From: Acidobacteriota bacterium
Lineage (GTDB): Bacteria; Acidobacteriota; UBA6911; JACQSX01
Length of the DNA stretch: 64,000 nt
Direction of reading: 5' to 3'
Assembly: GCA_036507075.1 (NCBI GenBank)
Contig: DASXQR010000097.1
Span: forward strand, 29,391 to 93,390
Below the pieces are notes generated by a model. That model made no database searches. It saw nothing but the letters and a program-made list of their open reading frames with translations, and had not been told where the DNA came from. Position numbers and translations under genes: made by a program. Positions within the stretch are counted from its first letter, which is position 1; every line of letters begins with the position of its first letter. Below are positions 59,405-64,000 of the stretch, in pieces.

Positions 59405-60315
59405 TCAGAAGACTCCGTCAGCCCTTTGCCGGTTAACTGCAGGAACAGGTCCTCCAAAGTGGCGCGCCGATGAAGCAGACGACGGTGCGGAAACTCTGAC
59501 GGCTTCCACTCAGCGCCCGGCGCGGGAAATATGTAGTAGGTTTCTCCAAACTTGTGAAACGGCACAGACTGCGCGCGCAGCCGGCTCCCCAGATCGCCGT
59601 CAAGGTTGGCGGCCGGTTCCATTTCATAGCATTCAGTGCCCACTCTTTCGCGAACCAGATCGATCGGGTTGCCTTGCAGGATGATTTTGCCGGCATCCAT
59701 GATGGCAACGCGATCACATAATTGCTCAGCCTCTTCCATATAGTGAGTGGTCAGTATCATCGTTGTGCCTTGTGACTTCAGGCTGCGCAGCTTCTGCCAC
59801 AGCAGCCGCCGCGCCTGGGGATCCAGGCCGGTGCTCGGTTCATCCAGAATCAGCAGCTCGGGTTGATTCAGCAGACCGCGCGCCAGTATGAGACGGCGCT
59901 TCATCCCGCCGGAGAGCGTGGGAATGCGATTGTCATTTTTCGACTCAAGCTGCACGAAATTCAGCAGAGCCAGCGACCGGCTGAGCGCCTGATCCTTCGC
60001 AATGCCGAAATATCGGGCATAGACAAGAAGGTTTTCCAGAACGGAAAGATCATCGTCGAGATTATTGTCCTGCGGAACCACCCCCAGGCGGGCCTTGATT
60101 TGGCGCGCGTGGGATGTGATGTCCAGCCCGAAAACCGTGAGGCTTCCCGAGCCGACAGGAGAGCCGCCGTGGATCATTCGTATAATGGTGGTCTTGCCAG
60201 CCCCGTTGGGCCCGAGAAAACCGAAGCATTCTCCAGGCGCAACAGAAAAGCTGATTCCTCGAACCACTTCCAACGCGTCAAACTTCTTCACCAGGTTTTC
60301 GGCGCTGACAATCAT
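59401..60315 (-). CDS. ABC ATP-binding protein (NodI-like)
   Basis: GPNGAGKTT, LSGGMKRR, DEPSTGLDP, TTHYMEEA. Confidence 0.93.
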   Translation of the reverse strand: MIVSAENLVKKFDALEVVRGISFSVAPGECFGFLGPNGAGKTTIIRMIHGGSPVGSGSLTVFGLDITSHARQIKARLGVVPQDNNLDDDLSVLENLLVYARYFGIAKDQALSRSLALLNFVQLESKNDNRIPTLSGGMKRRLILARGLLNQPELLILDEPSTGLDPQARRLLWQKLRSLKSQGTTMILTTHYMEEAEQLCDRVAIMDAGKIILQGNPIDLVRERVGTECYEMEPAANLDGDLGSRLRAQSVPFHKFGETYYIFPAPGAEWKPSEFPHRRLLHRRATLEDLFLQLTGKGLTESSE

Positions 60316-60409
60316 CGCAATATTGAGAATAACGATGCGAGCCGTGAATGTCGAGTTTTGCCGGTGCCGTCGACATTCGACTACGCTCCGTCTATGATGA
60401 AGCAACATT

Positions 60410-61123
60410 ATGAAGGTCGGCCTTTTTGTTACTTGTATCGTGGATCAGTTTTTTCCTGACGTGGCTTGGGCGACCGTCAAGGTACTAAGGAAGGCGGGCG
60501 TCGAGGTATGCTTCGATTCCCGGCAGACTTGCTGCGGACAACCGGCCTACAATTCGGGATTCTGGTCGGAGGCCCGGCGCGTCAGCGGCAATCTGTTTCC
60601 GTTATTCCCGGATGTGGATCATATTGTGGTCCCGTCCGGATCCTGCGCAGCCATGATGCGCAACCATCTTTCCGAGGTACACACGGACAGCGATCCGGGT
60701 GAGATCCAGAAATTCAGCCGCCGTGTCGTCGAATTGAGCGAATTTCTCGTCCGGGTGTGCGGCATCGAGGATCTGAGCGCTTCGTTTCGCGCGCGCGCGG
60801 CATTTCACGATTCCTGTCACGCCTTGCGGGACCTCCGGGTCGGCGATGCTCCCAGGAAGCTTTTAAGAAAAGTCAGAGATCTGGAGCTGGTGGAGTTGCC
60901 TGGAGCGGATCAGTGCTGCGGATTCGGAGGACTGTTTTCCGTCAAGTACCCGGAAATATCGGCCTCGATGGGCTCCGACAAACTGGGCTGTCTGCAACAA
61001 AGTGGGGCGAACGTCCTGGTTTCGGCTGACATGAGCTGCCTGATGCACCTGAAAGGCATGATGCAGAAACAGAAGTTCAACCTGCGTACGATGCACCTGG
61101 CCGAAGTGCTGGCATCCGGCTAG
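60410..61123 (+). CDS. lutA: Lactate utilization protein A (CCG domains)
   Basis: TCCGQPAYNSG, SGSC, HDSCH, CCGFGG.FS. Confidence 0.9.
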   Translation: MKVGLFVTCIVDQFFPDVAWATVKVLRKAGVEVCFDSRQTCCGQPAYNSGFWSEARRVSGNLFPLFPDVDHIVVPSGSCAAMMRNHLSEVHTDSDPGEIQKFSRRVVELSEFLVRVCGIEDLSASFRARAAFHDSCHALRDLRVGDAPRKLLRKVRDLELVELPGADQCCGFGGLFSVKYPEISASMGSDKLGCLQQSGANVLVSADMSCLMHLKGMMQKQKFNLRTMHLAEVLASG

Positions 61124-61163
61124 TCGCAAATTCGCGTATGGATTTCACCACGCATGCCCAACG

Positions 61164-61375
61164 AGGGCTACGGCCGCAACCGGAGAAAAAACCGTCTACG
61201 GCCACGCGCACGACCACGTCAACGACCACGAGTACGTTGACGATTGCGTCTGCCAGTCAGACTCTGGCACCCAACAGTACCGCGACTGGGCCCGGCAGGC
61301 GTAGTCGTGGTCGTTGACGTGCTCGTGCACGTGGCCGTAGACGGCCTTTCTCTTTCGGTTGTAGCCTTAAGGCCT
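61164..61375. repeat. Nested palindrome with CACGAC hexamer arms
   Basis: ccgtctacggccacg..cacgaccacgtcaacgaccacga / tcgtggtcgttgacgtg..cgtggccgtagacgg inside caaccg / cggttg outer arms. Confidence 0.75.
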
Positions 61376-61425
61376 CTATAAAGTCGTGCAAGTGGACGCT
61401 TTTTTCAGGTGGGAGAAGTCATTCC

Positions 61426-62835
61426 ATGGAAGTTCGATCTCAGGAGTTTCCCGAGGCCGCTCGCGCCGCCATCGCCAACACTCGCCTGCAGGAGGCGGTC
61501 AAGTCGGCCACTGATGGCCTGCTTCGAAAACGCGCCGCAGCAGTGGCGGATTTTTCCGGCTGGGAGGAGTTGCGTGAAAAAGGCCGGGCGATCAAGAGCC
61601 ATACCATTGCCAATCTGCCCGCCTATGTGAACCAGTTTTCGGAAAACGCCAGACGCCGCTCCGCCAGAGTGTTTTTGGCCCGTGATGCCGCGGCCGCGAA
61701 TCGGTACATTCTCGAGCTCGCCACGCGCCAGCAGGTAAAGCGCGTGGTGAAGAGCAAGTCGATGGTCACTGAAGAGATCGGACTGAACGCGGCGCTCGAG
61801 AGGGGCGGAATCGAGTCGATAGAGACGGATCTGGGCGAATACATCATCCAGCTTGCGGGAGAACGGCCGTCGCATATCGTGGCGCCGGTAATTCATCGCA
61901 CCCGTGAGGATATCTCACAGTTGTTTGCCCAAAAGCTCGGCTCCCTGCCCGGCGCCTCCGAGCAGGAGTTGACCCAGGTTGCGCGACGCACGCTGCGCGA
62001 GAAATTCCTTACAGCCGAAATGGGAATCAGCGGCGGAAACTTTGCCGTCGCCGAAACCGGCAGCGTGGTCATTGTTGAGAACGAAGGCAACGCCCGGCTC
62101 ACTACTTCAGTTCCGCGCATTCACGTAGCAGTCATCGGAATGGAAAAGTTGATCCCGAGATGGGCCGACCTGCAGGTGTTTTTGCAGCTTCTGGCGCGCA
62201 GCGGAACCGGCCAGAAAATGACCAGCTATGTCTCGATTTTGACCGGACCGAAAAGAAGCAGTGAATTGGACGGCCCGCAGGAAGCACACATCGTGATCTT
62301 GGACAATGGACGTTCGGCGATTGCGGCGGATCCAAAGATGCGGGAAAGCCTGCACTGCATTCGATGCGGCGCCTGCCTGAATACCTGTCCCGTGTACAGA
62401 CAAATGGGAGGTCATCCTTATGGGTGGGCCTATTCCGGCCCGATCGGGGCAGTGTTTACTCCGCTGATGGTCGGAATGCAGCGCGCACCCGACCTGCCGT
62501 TCGCTTCTTCGCTGTGCGGCGCGTGCGAGAGTATTTGTCCGGTGAAGATTCCCATTCCCAGCATGTTGCTGCACCTGAGACAGCGATTGATGGAAAAATC
62601 GGCTCAGGCGCCTTTGTTCCAGTCTCTGGCAATGGCGGTCTGGAGATTCTTCATGCAGAATCCGACGCGTTACCGCATGGCGGGATGGTTGCTGCGCAAA
62701 ACTTTTCCGCTGGTGGAGCGTGGACCGGGCAGCAGGCTGATGGAAAACTGGACCAAGTTTAGAGAGCTGCCCAGACCGGCCGAAAGAAGCTTTAGACAAC
62801 AGTGGCGCAAGTCTGCGCCCGGCAGCCAGGAATGA
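61426..62835 (+). CDS. lutB: Lactate utilization protein B (Fe-S)
   Basis: KSKSMVTEE, ETDLGEYI, NEGN, CIRCGACLNTCP, CGAC...CPV. Confidence 0.93.
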   Translation: MEVRSQEFPEAARAAIANTRLQEAVKSATDGLLRKRAAAVADFSGWEELREKGRAIKSHTIANLPAYVNQFSENARRRSARVFLARDAAAANRYILELATRQQVKRVVKSKSMVTEEIGLNAALERGGIESIETDLGEYIIQLAGERPSHIVAPVIHRTREDISQLFAQKLGSLPGASEQELTQVARRTLREKFLTAEMGISGGNFAVAETGSVVIVENEGNARLTTSVPRIHVAVIGMEKLIPRWADLQVFLQLLARSGTGQKMTSYVSILTGPKRSSELDGPQEAHIVILDNGRSAIAADPKMRESLHCIRCGACLNTCPVYRQMGGHPYGWAYSGPIGAVFTPLMVGMQRAPDLPFASSLCGACESICPVKIPIPSMLLHLRQRLMEKSAQAPLFQSLAMAVWRFFMQNPTRYRMAGWLLRKTFPLVERGPGSRLMENWTKFRELPRPAERSFRQQWRKSAPGSQE

Positions 62836-63464
62836 AATCTATGACGACGCATGCCAACAAAGCGCCCACGTTGCCCGACATGCCGCTGGAGCCAAAGAGA
62901 TCCTCTGCCCGGGATATCGATCGATTCGTACAGGAAGCCGTGCTTGTAGGCGCGCGCGTGCATCGCTGTCAGCAAAGCGGGATTCGCGACACTGTTCTGG
63001 AGATCCTGAAGCCGCAGCCCGACGAAGCTGCGATTCAGTTCGAAGACCGCGAGTTGATGCACCTTTCCGGCTGGGACTCGGCTGCTCAGAAACCGAGCGG
63101 CGCGCGGCTGTCCGACCTTCGGAGCCGGAATGAACTGATCACACGCGATTTTGAAGTCGCCTCAGTAGCGGTAGGAATTACAGGCGCTGATTGCGGGCTG
63201 GCCGATACCGGCACGGTAGTGATGCTTGTTGCCGGGCAGAGAGGGAGACTGCTGTCGCTGTTGCCGCCGATTCACATCGCCATTTTGCCGCAGGATCGGA
63301 TCCTGCCGGATCTGGGCAGCTTTCTGGCAACCGGTCCTACGGCTTCCAGCGCGGTCATTTTCATCACGGGACCAAGCAAAACCGCCGACATCGAGCAGCG
63401 TCTCACCACGGGCGTGCACGGGCCCGGCCAGATTCACATTGTAATTGTTCAACCCGGCGTATGA
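62832..63464 (+). CDS. lutC: Lactate utilization protein C (LUD domain)
   Basis: GLADTGT, SLLPPIH, ITGPSKTADIE...GVHGP; ATGA overlap. Confidence 0.9.
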   Translation: MKSMTTHANKAPTLPDMPLEPKRSSARDIDRFVQEAVLVGARVHRCQQSGIRDTVLEILKPQPDEAAIQFEDRELMHLSGWDSAAQKPSGARLSDLRSRNELITRDFEVASVAVGITGADCGLADTGTVVMLVAGQRGRLLSLLPPIHIAILPQDRILPDLGSFLATGPTASSAVIFITGPSKTADIEQRLTTGVHGPGQIHIVIVQPGV

Positions 63465-63473
63465 TTCAGTGCC

Positions 63474-63654
63474 AAATGTGGAACGCGGAACGCGGAATGC
63501 GGAATAATTGTCGGTGGTCAGTTGTCCGTGGTCAGTTGTCCGTGGTCAATTGTCCGTAGTCGGTTGTTCATGACATGTTAGCGTCTAACAAACAATGGAC
63601 AACGGGCAACGGACTACGGACGACGGACAGCATTCCACATTCCGAAATCCGCAT
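63474..63654. repeat. Nested heptamer element: GTGGTCA/GTTGTCC arms inside GCGGAAT arms
   Basis: aatgtggaacgcggaacgcggaatgcggaat [ttgtccgtggtca..ggactacggac] cattccacattccgaaatccgcatt. Confidence 0.8.
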
Positions 63655-63666
63655 TTTGAGGGAACT

Positions 63667-63969
63667 ATGCCGCTTAAGTCTTATATTGAGGAATATTGGG
63701 CCAGCCACAGGCATCCTGTAAACAATGCGCTGCATTTTGTGGGAATACCCCTGATCATCGTTTCAATCTTTCTTGTATTCTGGAACTGGAAGATGGCGGC
63801 AATACTGTTTGTTGGCGGCTGGATATTGCAATTGACCGGGCATTGGATCGAAGGAAATCGACCCGCTTTTCTGAAGAACCCTGCTTTTCTGATTGTGGGA
63901 CCTATCTCTTTCTTACAAAAGCTTTTCCACCGCAGCGGCGCAGCCCGGCAAAGCCGCAACCACGAATAG
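63667..63969 (+). CDS. DUF962/Mpo1-like membrane protein
   Basis: Y...H.HP.N..LHFVGIP, WILQ..GH.IEGNRPAF. Confidence 0.88.
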   Translation: MPLKSYIEEYWASHRHPVNNALHFVGIPLIIVSIFLVFWNWKMAAILFVGGWILQLTGHWIEGNRPAFLKNPAFLIVGPISFLQKLFHRSGAARQSRNHE

Positions 63970-64000
63970 GATGTTTCCGTTTGGCAGCCTGATCGTCATA

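Noticed and set aside
58625..60315. Nod-factor export (nodIJ)
   Set aside because: Family resemblance only; no nod biosynthesis genes, so gene symbols were not assigned.

Overview
A 64-kb bacterial chromosomal window of moderately high GC. Acidobacteriota-like is an inference from gene content and secreted-protein families. It holds about 55 CDSs: a MacAB-type ABC/adaptor operon, regulators (a NarL pair with an apparently sensor-less kinase; split CheB and CheR-PAS without chemoreceptors), two sugar/amino-sugar catabolic clusters, a NitT/TauT ABC importer, SPFH/zinc-ribbon proteins, an esterase + two ATP-grasp + amidotransferase + GCS2 ligase cluster, a type IV pilin, a P-loop kinase-dCMP deaminase fusion, a NodIJ-like ABC-2 transporter and lutABC. 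I recognised no rRNA, tRNA, CRISPR array or transposase. Main findings: (1) the NitT/TauT substrate-binding gene has a strong RBS and N-terminal anchor upstream of a single in-frame TGA in a PVT-*-HLAC-PVT motif, making it a candidate selenoprotein missed by the ORF track, followed by a Cys-rich hypothetical protein; (2) an uncharacterised multi-ligase gamma-glutamyl/peptide cluster; (3) many intergenic gaps carry non-coding palindromes from several families, often nested inside each other, one with a 4-bp target duplication and several contributing codons to adjacent genes; (4) an AvcD-like kinase-deaminase architecture. All calls come from visual motif recognition, no database search was run, and repeat boundaries are approximate.
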